This document shows, in pieces, positions 22,663-32,000 of a stretch of 32,000 nt of DNA. The stretch comes from Patescibacteria group bacterium (GTDB taxonomy: Bacteria > Patescibacteriota > Patescibacteriia > 2-01-FULL-39-33). The stretch covers positions 60,001 to 92,000 of the forward strand of contig JBAZMW010000005.1 of assembly GCA_041649575.1 (NCBI GenBank). Direction: 5' to 3'. The position numbers and the translations under genes were made by a program. The notes below the pieces were generated by a model. It was not told where the DNA came from. It worked only from the letters and a program-made list of their open reading frames with translations, and did no database searches. How positions within the stretch are numbered: the stretch's first letter is position 1; every line of letters begins with the position of its first letter.

Positions 22663-22704
22663 GCTTTCTAGAATTTTTACTATTTTTATGTATAATAAAG
22701 GTAT

Positions 22705-23283
22705 ATGATCGCTTATCTCAAGGGCCAAATTTATCATAAGTCCAGTTTTTTAAAAAAGGACAATTTTGTTGTTGTCAGTGTCGGCGGGGTGGGCTATAAA
22801 GTTTTTATTTTAAACAGGGAGGCGGAACATTTCAGTGTTAATGAGGAAGTGGAATTTCATGTTTACACTCAAGTGGCCGAGGGAGTGTTGGATTTGTATG
22901 GCTTTGTTTCCCGCGAAGAACTGGAGTTTTTTGAAGTGTTGATTTCTATTTCCGGCATCGGGCCGCGAAGCGCCCTGGGAATTTTACAAAAAGCCAAACT
23001 TGATGATTTGAAAAAAGCGGCGCAATCGGGCAATGCCGAAGTGCTCAATAAAATTTCCGGCATCGGGCCCAAAACTGCGCAAAAAATAGTTATTGGACTG
23101 AAAGACAAGCTGGCCGACAGCGATGGTGGCGGCGAGTGGGACGCACGGTTCGGCGACGCTTTGGAAGCGCTCATAGGGCTGGGTTACTCTGCCAGTCAGG
23201 CACGAGAAGCGCTGAATTTGTGTCAGTCGCAAGAGATGACGGAAAAAGTCAAAGAGGCTTTAAAAATTCTAAGTCAAAAATAG
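22705..23283 (+). CDS. ruvA: Holliday junction branch-migration complex subunit RuvA
   Basis: 192 aa. MIAYLKG...GVGYKV OB-fold start and two HhH motifs, ISGIGPRSAL and ISGIGPKTAQKI. TATAAT at 22691-22696 implies a very short 5' UTR. Confidence 0.9.
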   Translation: MIAYLKGQIYHKSSFLKKDNFVVVSVGGVGYKVFILNREAEHFSVNEEVEFHVYTQVAEGVLDLYGFVSREELEFFEVLISISGIGPRSALGILQKAKLDDLKKAAQSGNAEVLNKISGIGPKTAQKIVIGLKDKLADSDGGGEWDARFGDALEALIGLGYSASQAREALNLCQSQEMTEKVKEALKILSQK

Positions 23284-23298
23284 ATCAAAAAATAAAAA

Positions 23299-23325
23299 CA
23301 GACCGCCAGTTGGCGGCCTGTTTTT
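23299..23325. terminator. bidirectional terminator between ruvA and typA
   Basis: CAGACCGCCA-GT-TGGCGGCCTG, flanked by an A-run upstream and TTTTT downstream. Confidence 0.65.
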
Positions 23326-23335
23326 AGCTAAAAAG

Positions 23336-25123
23336 TTAAGAAGCTTTTCGGGCCTGTCTTAGTCTGTCTATTTCGGTCAGCAGTTGTTTGCGCAGGCGGA
23401 TGCTCTGGGGAGTGATTTCTAAATATTCATCCTCGGCCATGGTTTCCAGCCCTCTTTCCAGGGTCAGCTGCCAAGGCGGAGTCAGCTTGATAGTTTCATC
23501 CGAGCCGGAGGCACGCATATTGGTTAGGTTTTTACCCTTAATGGGATTGACGGTTAAATCGTTGCCTTTGGCCACGTTGCCAATAACTTGTCCCTCATAG
23601 AGATTCTCTCCCGGACCGATATAAAGCCAGCCGCGATTTTGCAGATTTTCCAAAGCATAGGCGGCGGCTTTGCCGCTGGACAGGGAAACCATCGAACCAA
23701 CATCACGCTTATCGATGTTGCCAGCATAGGGCTTAAAGCCGATGAAGCGCGAGCAAAGAATGCCCTCGCCCCTGGTGTCGATGGTAAATTCGCCACGATA
23801 ACCCAAAAGTCCGCGAGTCGGGATGTTAAAAATAATTTGATTCTGATTGTTGGTTTGTTTCATTTCCAAAATATTGGCGCGGCGTTTGGAGAGTTTTTCA
23901 ATTACTACCCCGGCATAATCGCCAGGGACGCTAATGGTCACTTCTTCGTAAGGCTCTAGTTTTTGCCCGTCGGTTTCTTTGATAATTACCTGTGGTTGGG
24001 AGATTTGCAGCTCAAAACCCTCGCGGCGCATGTTCTCTATCAGAATGGCGATATGCAATTCGCCGCGGCCGTAGACTTTGTAGAATTCCGAAGCGGAAAA
24101 ATCAACCTTTAGACCGACGTTAACCTCCAGTTCTTTAAGCAGACGTTCTTTAATTTGTTTGCTGGTGACCAGCTTACCTTCGCGGCCGCCGAACGGCGAG
24201 TTATTGACCAAAAAATTCAGACAGATGGTCGGCTCGTCAATGGAAATCGCCGGCAACGGCTCCTGGTCGGCGAAAGAACAGACGGTTTCCCCGATATAAA
24301 TATCGGGCAGCCCCGCAATAATTATAATATCGCCGGCAGTGGCGCTCTGCGCCTCTTCTCTTTTTAGGCCGTTGAAAGTAAAAAGTTTGGTGATTTTTCC
24401 GCTGCGGGTTTCGCCGTTGGCTTTTTTTATTATCACATTGTCGCCGGTTCCAACCAGGCCTTCATAAATACGGCCAATAGCCAGACGCCCCAAAAAATCA
24501 TCATAAGCCAGATTGAAAGGTTGGAGCCGCAGGGGCTTGGCGGTGTCGGAAAGGGCGGGAGCGACTTTGGCAATAATTGTCTCCAGTAGCGGCGTTAAAT
24601 CATTTGAGCGGTCGTCTAGGTTTAATTTGGCGACTCCTTCACGGGCCACCGTATAAACCACCGGAAAATCCAATTGTTCATCACTGGCTCCCAAATCCAA
24701 AAATAACTCATAGACTTCTTCTTGCACTATTTCCGGCCGGGCGGCGGTTTTGTCGATTTTATTGATCACCACTATCGGTTCGAGTCCCAATTCCAGTGAT
24801 TTTTTTAGAACAAAACGGGTTTGAGGCATGGGGCCTTCCTGGGCGTCAACCACCAAAATGACCGAGTCGATTGAGCGCAATACCCGCTCCACTTCCGAAC
24901 CAAAATCAGCGTGTCCGGGAGTATCGACGATGTTGATTTTGGTGTTTTTATAGAATAAAGAAGCGTTTTTTGAATAAATAGTTATGCCACGTTCTTTTTC
25001 CAAGGCATTGGTGTCCATGCTAAAATCAGCCGTCACCATGCCGGTTTGTTTAAGCAACTGATCGGTTAAAGCGGTTTTGCCATGATCGACGTGAGCGATG
25101 ATGGCGATATTTCTGATTTCCAT
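23336..25123 (-). CDS. typA: translational GTPase TypA/BipA
   Basis: 595 aa. [18 protein letters not shown]1 motif, [12 protein letters not shown], and EF-G-like domains without domain IV. Confidence 0.9.
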   Translation of the reverse strand: MEIRNIAIIAHVDHGKTALTDQLLKQTGMVTADFSMDTNALEKERGITIYSKNASLFYKNTKINIVDTPGHADFGSEVERVLRSIDSVILVVDAQEGPMPQTRFVLKKSLELGLEPIVVINKIDKTAARPEIVQEEVYELFLDLGASDEQLDFPVVYTVAREGVAKLNLDDRSNDLTPLLETIIAKVAPALSDTAKPLRLQPFNLAYDDFLGRLAIGRIYEGLVGTGDNVIIKKANGETRSGKITKLFTFNGLKREEAQSATAGDIIIIAGLPDIYIGETVCSFADQEPLPAISIDEPTICLNFLVNNSPFGGREGKLVTSKQIKERLLKELEVNVGLKVDFSASEFYKVYGRGELHIAILIENMRREGFELQISQPQVIIKETDGQKLEPYEEVTISVPGDYAGVVIEKLSKRRANILEMKQTNNQNQIIFNIPTRGLLGYRGEFTIDTRGEGILCSRFIGFKPYAGNIDKRDVGSMVSLSSGKAAAYALENLQNRGWLYIGPGENLYEGQVIGNVAKGNDLTVNPIKGKNLTNMRASGSDETIKLTPPWQLTLERGLETMAEDEYLEITPQSIRLRKQLLTEIDRLRQARKAS

Positions 25124-25239
25124 GAATTTTTAAAAATAAATCGTCTGAGTAGAAACTCTAACACATTTTTTGTTTTTAGTCAAAATAAAAAAGCCAACAT
25201 AGCTTTAAAAGATGGTTGATTATTAATTTTTTACGGAGA

Positions 25240-25878
25240 TTATTTTTTACTAGGCAGTTTGCGTCTTAGTAATTCGACCAATATAGGGACTAAGGAAATG
25301 ACTATAATTGCCATGATAGCCAGACTGAAGTTTTCTTTCACCCAACTAATATTGCCGAAGAAATAGCCGGTTAAAAAGAAGAGGAGTACCCAAATAATCC
25401 CCCCAAAAATATTATAAGCTAAAAATTTGGGATACTTCATCTTGCCCATGCCGGCGACAAAAGGAGCAAAAGTCCTGATAATAGGAATGAACCGGGCAAG
25501 GATAATTGTTTTGGCACCGTGCTTTTCATAAAAATTTTCAGCCCTTTTCAGATTACCCTGGTTAAAGAACCAGCTGTTTTCTCGGGTAAAAAGCTTCCTG
25601 CCGAATTTTTTCCCCAGCCAGTAATTGACGGAATCGCCCAAAACTGCCGCCAAGCAGAAAATAAGAAGAGTCAGATAAAAGTGAAGCAAACCGATAGCGG
25701 CAAAAGTTCCAGCCGCGAACAATAAAGAATCGCCGGGCAGAAAGGGCATAACAACCAATCCGGTCTCCACAAAAATAATCAGAAATAACAAAGAATAAAT
25801 CAAAGAGCCATAGGTGTTAATTATTAATCCCAGGTACTCGTCGATGTGTAAAATGATTTCTAGCAGTTGAATAAACAT
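25240..25878 (-). CDS. dedA: DedA family (VTT domain) membrane protein
   Basis: 212 aa, multi-TM. FLPGDSLLFAAG and ARFIPIIRTFAPFVAG signatures. Confidence 0.8.
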   Translation of the reverse strand: MFIQLLEIILHIDEYLGLIINTYGSLIYSLLFLIIFVETGLVVMPFLPGDSLLFAAGTFAAIGLLHFYLTLLIFCLAAVLGDSVNYWLGKKFGRKLFTRENSWFFNQGNLKRAENFYEKHGAKTIILARFIPIIRTFAPFVAGMGKMKYPKFLAYNIFGGIIWVLLFFLTGYFFGNISWVKENFSLAIMAIIVISLVPILVELLRRKLPSKK

Positions 25879-25940
25879 AAAAATATTATAACCTCTGGCT
25901 GTTTTTCTGGCAATTGTCAGAAAAATAAGGAAGTGATAAG

Positions 25941-27326
25941 ATGTTGGTAATAAAGAAAATTATAAGGATGAAAACACTGTTAAAAAAAATAATTCCCAAA
26001 AATTTACTAAACCAATATTATAGAATGTTGGCGCTTTTTGCTAATTATTTTTACTTAAAACCAGCGGAGAAGATGGTGGTTATTGGTGTCACTGGCACCA
26101 ATGGCAAATCCACCACCTGCCTGCTAATAGCCAAAATCTTAGAAGAGGCTGGCTATAAGGCAGGAATCACCTCCACCGCGATTTTTAAAGTGGCCGACCA
26201 GGAATGGCTCAATGATATTAAAATGACTATGCCGGGCCGTTTGGCTTTGCAAAAAATGTTAAAGAGAATGCTAAAAGCCGGCTGCAGGTATGCGGTGGTC
26301 GAGACCTCGTCAGAAGGGATCAAACAGTTCAGGCATTTGGGAATCCATTATGATCTCGGCGTTTTTACCAACCTAACCCCAGAGCACATAGAGTCGCACG
26401 GCGGTTTTGCCAACTATAAAAAAGCCAAATTAAAATTATTTGAGCATTTAGAGAAGCAGCCGAACAAAATCATAGCAAACAAAAAAATTAAAGAGGTAAT
26501 CGTGGCCAATGGCGATGATGAGCACGTCAAGGACTTTCTAAATTTTAAAGTTGATGAAAAATATGTTTATCAAGTTCAAGGTTCAGAAGCGGAAATCTCG
26601 GACAAATTTAGGACTGAAAATTTAGAACTGAAAATTCTCAAAGCCGAAGAAGTTAGGTTTTTGAATCAAGGAATTTATTTTAGGCTGGAAAACATAGAAT
26701 TTAATTTGAAATTGTTTGGGCGGTTTAATGTTTATAATGCCTTGGCGGCGATAGCGGTGGCGTTGTCGCAAGGCGTGCCGCTAACAATTTGTAAGGCGGC
26801 TCTGGAAAAGGTGGAGGTGATGCCCGGCCGGATGGAATTCATAAACGAAGGTCAGGATTTTAAATTTTTGGTTGATTACGCGCCCGAACCGGAGAGTATG
26901 AAGCAACTTTATCAGGCTATAGACGATTATAACATCAGGGCCGGAGGTAGAATTATACATATTTTTGGTTCTTGTGGCGGCGGGCGGGATAAGGCGCGTC
27001 GGCCGATTTTGGGACAGATGGTGGCGCAGAGGGCGGATTTTTTGATTATAACCAACGAAGATCCTTATGACGACAGTCCCCAACTGATCATTGATCAGGT
27101 GGCTCAAGGGGCGCAAAGCGAAGGAAAAGTAGTAGGAGAAAATTTATTTAAAATTTTAGATCGGCGTGAAGCCATAAAATTTGCTTTAAATTTAGCCAAG
27201 AAAAATGATTTAATAATACTTACCGGAAAGGCCTGTGAGCAAGCAATCTGCGTGGCTAATGGTCAAAAAATTCCCTGGGACGATCGAAAAGTGGCCAGAG
27301 GAGAATTAAAAATGATTAAAAAATAA
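25941..27326 (+). CDS. murE: Mur ligase, MurE-like (UDP-MurNAc-L-Ala-D-Glu--diamino acid ligase)
   Basis: P-loop GVTGTNGKST. HIFGSCGGGRDKARRP (GGxRDxxKR). ITNEDPYDD aligns with the MurE DNPR region. RBS AAGGAAG lies upstream of the ATG at 25941. Confidence 0.7.
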   Translation: MLVIKKIIRMKTLLKKIIPKNLLNQYYRMLALFANYFYLKPAEKMVVIGVTGTNGKSTTCLLIAKILEEAGYKAGITSTAIFKVADQEWLNDIKMTMPGRLALQKMLKRMLKAGCRYAVVETSSEGIKQFRHLGIHYDLGVFTNLTPEHIESHGGFANYKKAKLKLFEHLEKQPNKIIANKKIKEVIVANGDDEHVKDFLNFKVDEKYVYQVQGSEAEISDKFRTENLELKILKAEEVRFLNQGIYFRLENIEFNLKLFGRFNVYNALAAIAVALSQGVPLTICKAALEKVEVMPGRMEFINEGQDFKFLVDYAPEPESMKQLYQAIDDYNIRAGGRIIHIFGSCGGGRDKARRPILGQMVAQRADFLIITNEDPYDDSPQLIIDQVAQGAQSEGKVVGENLFKILDRREAIKFALNLAKKNDLIILTGKACEQAICVANGQKIPWDDRKVARGELKMIKK

Positions 27327-27478
27327 GGAATTTTTTAATAACTGTGGATAACTTGGGTAAATTATTTTTTAATATAAAGGCATTTTTTGATTTTAATTGT
27401 TAATTTTTATCAATTTTTATCTAAATTTAGATAAAAAATAAATTAATTTGACTTTTTTATTTTTTTTACTTAAAACCG

Positions 27479-27508
27479 TTGACTTTTTAAGGTCGTTTCT
27501 GTTAATAT
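27479..27508 (+). promoter_or_regulatory. candidate rpoBC promoter with ~195-nt leader
   Basis: TTGACT (27479-27484), 18-nt spacer, TAATAT (27503-27508). Confidence 0.35.
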
Positions 27509-27705
27509 AAAGTTAATGGTTTTTTAGTTCGATTTTTTCTAAAAATCACTCTAACAAACCCTACTATTAGAAGTCATTGGGTTAATAACCTTCAGAAATA
27601 GTGGGTAAAAGCAAAAAACAAACCTAAATTCACATCTGACTCATTTCTAGTTTAATCAAAATCCGGCCGGGAACCGGAAAAAAACGAAAGAAATGAGGAT
27701 TTTTT

Positions 27706-30700
27706 ATGTCTCAACAAAACCAGGACAATAAAAAAGTCATTAATGGCCGGGTTAGTTTTTCTGGCCAAGATTCTTGGCAGCAACCGCCAGATCTTATAGA
27801 ATTGCAAAAAAAGTCTTACAAACTTTTTTGGCAGGAAGGATTGAACGAGTTGTTTGAGGAAGTCTCTCCGATTACGGATTTTATTGGCCGTGACCTGGAA
27901 CTCTATTTTGGTAATTACTTTTTGGACGAAGCCAAATTTGACGAAGCTACTTCCAAGGAAAAGAATATTTCTTTTGAAGCGCCGCTAAGAGTCAACGCCA
28001 AGCTGGTCAATAAAAAAACAGGCCAGACAATGGAGCAGGAAGTTTTCTTGGGCGATTTTCCGCTAATGACCGAAAGGGGAACTTTCATTATTAATGGTAT
28101 TGAGAGAGTAGTGGTGTCGCAACTAATCCGCTCGGCCGGAGTTTTTTTTACGGCTCAAAAATGGGGTGACCGTAATTTTTATGGCGCTAAAATCATTCCC
28201 AACCGAGGCTCCTGGCTGGAGTTTGAAACAGATTCCAATGGAGTGGTTTGGGTAAAAATCGATCGCAAAAGAAAAGTAGCCGCCACCGCCCTGTTAAGAG
28301 CCTTTGGTTTTTCTAGCGATGAAGAGATAACGAATTTATTTAAAGAGACGACGGATAAGTTTGAAATTAACAATATCGAAGCCACCTTAAGAAAAGATTC
28401 TTCCAAAAACGAGGTTGACGGTCTGATAGAGGTTTATAAACGCATTCGGCCTGGTGATTTGGCGACTGCCGATAACGCCAAGCAGCTGATTGACAATATG
28501 TTTTTTAATTTTGCTCGCTATGATTTTGGCAGCATTGGCCGTTACAAAATGAACCAACGTTTTGTTCAGAAGTTGGCAATCAATAAAGAAAACAGAGTTT
28601 TATTGAAGGACGACATTATTAATATTTTGAAAGAAATCGTCCGTCTGAACAACACCCAAGAGGGGCCGGACGACATCGATCATTTGGGTAATCGCCGGGT
28701 GCGCGCCGTGGGCGAATTGATTCAAAATAAATTTCGAATCGGTTTGATCAGGATGGAACGCATCGTCAAAGATCGGATGAGCACCCTAGACATTAATACC
28801 TTGACGCCCAACAAGCTGATTAACGCTCGGCCGGTTATCAGCGCGGTAAAAGAATTTTTTATGTCCAGCCAATTGTCGCAATTTATGGATCAGGTCAATC
28901 CTTTGGCTGAACTGGAGCACAAAAGAAGGTTGTCAGCCATGGGTCCGGGTGGCTTGTCCAGAGAACGGGCCAGTTTTGAAGTTCGTGACGTGCACCAAAC
29001 TCATTATGGTCGCATTTGTCCGATTGCCACTCCGGAAGGCCCGAATATCGGTTTGGTGGGGCATTTATCAACTTTTGCTCGGGTCAACAATTACGGTTTT
29101 ATTGAGACGCCCTATTATAAAACGGAAAAGGATCAAGCTGGCCGGCCGCGAGTCACCAAAGAGCTGGTTTATATCGACGCTATCGAAGAAAGCCGTTCTA
29201 CTACCACTCCTTCAACCACCAAAATTGATAAAGACGGGTATTTTTTGGAAGAAAAAACGGAGGCCAGAGTTAGGCTTAACCCGACTATCACCAATGTTAA
29301 AAACATTGATTATATGGACGTGGCCTCCAATCAGATTGTCTCGGTGGCGACATCCTTGATTCCTTTTTTGGAGCATGACGACGCGGTGAGAGCGCTGATG
29401 GGAACGAACATGCAACGCCAGGCGGTTTCTTGCATCAGGCCACAGGCGCCGCTAGTGGGCACGGGCATCGAGGCCAAGGCCGCTTATGATTCTGGTCATT
29501 TGATTATTGCCGAAGAGGCGGGCGAAGTGATAGATATTAGCGGCGATAAAATCGAGGTTCTGAACAAAAATAATCACATTAATTCTTATCGTTTGAATAA
29601 GTTTGTCCGTTCCAACGCCACCACCTGCATCAATCAAAAGCCGCTAGTGGAAAAGGGACAGAAGGTTAAAAAGGGCGAGATTCTGGCTGACGGACCGTCT
29701 ATTGATCATGGCGAACTGGCTTTGGGCCAAAATATTCTGGTGGCCTTCATGCCTTGGCAAGGCTATAACTACGAAGACGCGATTATTATCTCTGAACGTT
29801 TAATCCAGCAAGATCGTTACTCTTCGATTCATATAGAAAATTATGTTTGCGAAGTGCGGGAAACCAAACTGGGTCCGGAAGTGGTCACTTCCGACATACC
29901 AAACGTTTCGGAAGAAAAATTAAAAGATTTGGATGAAGAGGGAATTGTGCGAATCGGCGCCAATGTGAGAAGCGGCGATATTTTGGTCGGCAAAATCACA
30001 CCCAAAGGCGAAACGGAATTATCGGCGGAAGAAAAGCTACTGCGGGCAATTTTCGGAGAAAAAGCCAGAGACGTCCGTGATTCTTCTCTGTATCTCGAGC
30101 ACGGGTCTTCGGGCAAGGTGATTGATATCAAGATTTTTTCCAGAGAGAATGGCGATAAATTGTCGGCTGGCATGATTAAGATGGTCCAGGTGACGGTGGC
30201 TTCTTTACGCAAGGTTCAGGTGGGCGACAAAATGGCCGGCCGTCATGGCAATAAGGGAGTTATTTCCAAAGTGGTGCCGGTGGAAGACCTGCCTTATTTG
30301 GAAGATGGCCGGCCGGTGGATATCATTCTTTCTCCTTTAGGCGTTGTTTCGCGTATGAATCTGGGACAAATTTTGGAAACCCACATGGGTCTGGCCGCCA
30401 AAGCCCTGGGTTACAAAGTGATGACGCCGGTTTTCAACGGAATTAGCGAAGAGACGATAAGAGACGAACTAGAACTGGCCGGCTTTAGTCGCGATGGCCG
30501 GATTCAGCTCTATGACGGCCGAACCGGAGAGCCTTTCGATAAAAAAACCACGGTGGGTTATATTTATATGATGAAATTAAATCATCTGGTGGAAGATAAA
30601 ATCCACCAGCGATCTATTGGCCCTTATTCTTTGATTACTCAGCAGCCTTTGGGCGGCAAGGCGCAGTTTGGCGGCCAGAGATTTGGCGAGATGGAAGTCT

Positions 30701-30978
30701 GGGCCCTGGAAGGTTATGGCGCGGCTCATACTTTGCAAGAAATTTTAACCATCAAATCCGACGACGTGGTCGGCCGCTCCAAAACCTATGAAGCCATCAT
30801 CAAAGGCGAGCCGATAGATAATTTGAATATCCCAGAGAGTTTCAACGTTTTGGTCAGGGAGTTGAAAGGATTGTGCCTGAACGTGGATTTGCTCGGTGGC
30901 GGCAAAGTACAGCCCGAACCATCGGTGGAAGAAGAAATTGAGGCGGAAGAGATGCCCAAAAAAAGAAAAAATAAATAA
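27706..30978 (+). CDS. rpoB: DNA-directed RNA polymerase subunit beta
   Basis: 1090 aa with canonical beta motifs: [51 protein letters not shown]. Confidence 0.95.
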   Translation: MSQQNQDNKKVINGRVSFSGQDSWQQPPDLIELQKKSYKLFWQEGLNELFEEVSPITDFIGRDLELYFGNYFLDEAKFDEATSKEKNISFEAPLRVNAKLVNKKTGQTMEQEVFLGDFPLMTERGTFIINGIERVVVSQLIRSAGVFFTAQKWGDRNFYGAKIIPNRGSWLEFETDSNGVVWVKIDRKRKVAATALLRAFGFSSDEEITNLFKETTDKFEINNIEATLRKDSSKNEVDGLIEVYKRIRPGDLATADNAKQLIDNMFFNFARYDFGSIGRYKMNQRFVQKLAINKENRVLLKDDIINILKEIVRLNNTQEGPDDIDHLGNRRVRAVGELIQNKFRIGLIRMERIVKDRMSTLDINTLTPNKLINARPVISAVKEFFMSSQLSQFMDQVNPLAELEHKRRLSAMGPGGLSRERASFEVRDVHQTHYGRICPIATPEGPNIGLVGHLSTFARVNNYGFIETPYYKTEKDQAGRPRVTKELVYIDAIEESRSTTTPSTTKIDKDGYFLEEKTEARVRLNPTITNVKNIDYMDVASNQIVSVATSLIPFLEHDDAVRALMGTNMQRQAVSCIRPQAPLVGTGIEAKAAYDSGHLIIAEEAGEVIDISGDKIEVLNKNNHINSYRLNKFVRSNATTCINQKPLVEKGQKVKKGEILADGPSIDHGELALGQNILVAFMPWQGYNYEDAIIISERLIQQDRYSSIHIENYVCEVRETKLGPEVVTSDIPNVSEEKLKDLDEEGIVRIGANVRSGDILVGKITPKGETELSAEEKLLRAIFGEKARDVRDSSLYLEHGSSGKVIDIKIFSRENGDKLSAGMIKMVQVTVASLRKVQVGDKMAGRHGNKGVISKVVPVEDLPYLEDGRPVDIILSPLGVVSRMNLGQILETHMGLAAKALGYKVMTPVFNGISEETIRDELELAGFSRDGRIQLYDGRTGEPFDKKTTVGYIYMMKLNHLVEDKIHQRSIGPYSLITQQPLGGKAQFGGQRFGEMEVWALEGYGAAHTLQEILTIKSDDVVGRSKTYEAIIKGEPIDNLNIPESFNVLVRELKGLCLNVDLLGGGKVQPEPSVEEEIEAEEMPKKRKNK

Positions 30979-31004
30979 TCGTTTTAATTTTTTCAGCAAA
31001 GCCT

Positions 31005-32000
31005 ATGATTACCAGTCAGGATCCCAATTTAGACTTTGAGGCCATCAAGCTTAGGCTGGCTTCTTCAAATGATATAAAAGCCTGGTCTCATGGCGAAGTG
31101 ACTCGGCCGGAAACCATTAATTACCGCACCCAAAAACCGGAGCGGGATGGTTTGTTTTGTGAGAGAATTTTTGGTCCGGTCAAGGATTGGGAATGTTATT
31201 GCGGTAAATACAAAAAAATTCGCTATAAGGGGATTGTTTGCGATAAGTGCGGCGTGGAAGTGACAAAAGCCATTGTTCGCCGGGAGCGCATGGGTCATAT
31301 TGAACTGGCGTCGCCGGTTTCTCATATTTGGTTTTTGCGGGGCGTGCCTTCTCGCATCGGCTTAGCTTTGGATTTATCGGTTCAGTCTCTGGAAAAGGTT
31401 GTTTATTTCGCCAGCTTTATTATTACTTCCGTCAACGAGGAGTTAAAGGCGGAGACGCTGGGTCAAATCAAGGCTGAGTATAAACAATATCGTAAACAAA
31501 TTGAAAATGAATCGGAAAGAAAGGTGGAACAACTGAAAAAAATTGGCGAAACCAAGGCGGGTGTTCTAGAAAAAGAAACGGAGAAAATATTTGTCCAAAA
31601 AGAGGACAAATTAAAAGAGCTGGAAAATACCATGATAGTGGCGGAAAACGAATTGAAAGACTTGAAACCCTTGAAAATTATTTCGGAACACGCTTTTCAC
31701 GATTTGTCTTTGAAATATGGTCATATTTTTGAGGCCGATACCGGCGGCGAAGCGGTGCGCCGGCTGCTGTCGAAAATCAATCTGGAAGAAACTGTAAAAA
31801 AACTGGAAATAGAAACCGTTAAGGCGACGGGAGTCAAAAGAGGCAAGTTGATTAGGCGGGCTAAATTTTTTAACCAGCTTATCAAAAATGGAATTCGTCC
31901 CGAATGGATGATTTTAACTACCATCCCCGTTATTCCTCCGGATTTACGGCCGATGGTGCCTTTGGACGGCGGTCGTTTTGCCACCTCTGATTTGAATGAT
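31005..32000 (+). CDS. rpoC: DNA-directed RNA polymerase subunit beta' (5' partial, continues beyond window)
   Basis: ATG at 31005, and the frame stays open to the window end. Zn-finger [20 protein letters not shown], followed by [19 protein letters not shown]. Confidence 0.9.
   Translation, partial: MITSQDPNLDFEAIKLRLASSNDIKAWSHGEVTRPETINYRTQKPERDGLFCERIFGPVKDWECYCGKYKKIRYKGIVCDKCGVEVTKAIVRRERMGHIELASPVSHIWFLRGVPSRIGLALDLSVQSLEKVVYFASFIITSVNEELKAETLGQIKAEYKQYRKQIENESERKVEQLKKIGETKAGVLEKETEKIFVQKEDKLKELENTMIVAENELKDLKPLKIISEHAFHDLSLKYGHIFEADTGGEAVRRLLSKINLEETVKKLEIETVKATGVKRGKLIRRAKFFNQLIKNGIRPEWMILTTIPVIPPDLRPMVPLDGGRFATSDLND

Noticed and set aside
27343-27351. Perfect DnaA box (TGTGGATAA) in the 380-bp AT-rich murE-rpoB intergenic region, possible oriC
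   Set aside because: I found only a single box. There is no dnaA/dnaN neighbourhood and no cluster of boxes or recognisable DUE repeats. The AT-rich tract more plausibly holds the rpoBC promoter and leader.
27640-27690. Hairpin TCCGG-CCGGGAA-CCGGA just upstream of rpoB as a terminator/attenuator
   Set aside because: On the plus strand it is followed by an A-run, not a U-run. On the minus strand it would terminate nothing. It is probably just part of the rpoB 5' UTR structure.

Overview
This window is a 32-kb bacterial chromosomal segment. The backbone coding sequence is moderately low in GC (hand-counted 60-nt lines give about 40-50%). Intergenic regions are very AT-rich and carry sigma70-type TTGACA-N17-TAnnAT promoters. 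Backbone genes are a sensor histidine kinase, a wHTH-nucleotidyltransferase/HEPN pair, a class II amidotransferase, LOG-like and AstE/AspA-like proteins, thrS, argS, a lone receiver domain, a small ferredoxin, ileS, ruvA, typA, dedA, murE, rpoB and the 5' part of rpoC. The content suggests a small-genome uncultivated bacterium; CPR/Patescibacteria-like is only a guess. Interleaved with the backbone are GC-richer blocks (about 55-65% in sampled lines), most with their own AT-rich promoter and hairpin terminator. These blocks are a CDS tail (2-145), a PRTase-like orphan (3821-4921), a GNAT (6299-6853) behind an attenuator-like leader, hisS plus tRNA-His(GUG) (7194-8680), a 42-aa sORF (22468-22596), and a 5.6-kb island (10622-16210) between thrS and argS. 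The island is the most striking feature and my candidate novel system. It holds a 226-aa protein with a RAMP-like C-terminal glycine loop and an XPD/DinG-family Fe-S helicase. Both genes are embedded in 22 co-oriented, diverged units of about 100 nt, each ending in a GC hairpin (GG-GGCGGRRR-loop-YYYCCGCC) with compensatory substitutions. Seven AT-rich palindromic modules punctuate the array. The layout is CRISPR-like, but it is not a canonical CRISPR array. Other oddities are a histidine-phosphatase domain and a 99-nt in-frame palindromic element inside ileS, and a tRNA-His without an encoded G-1.
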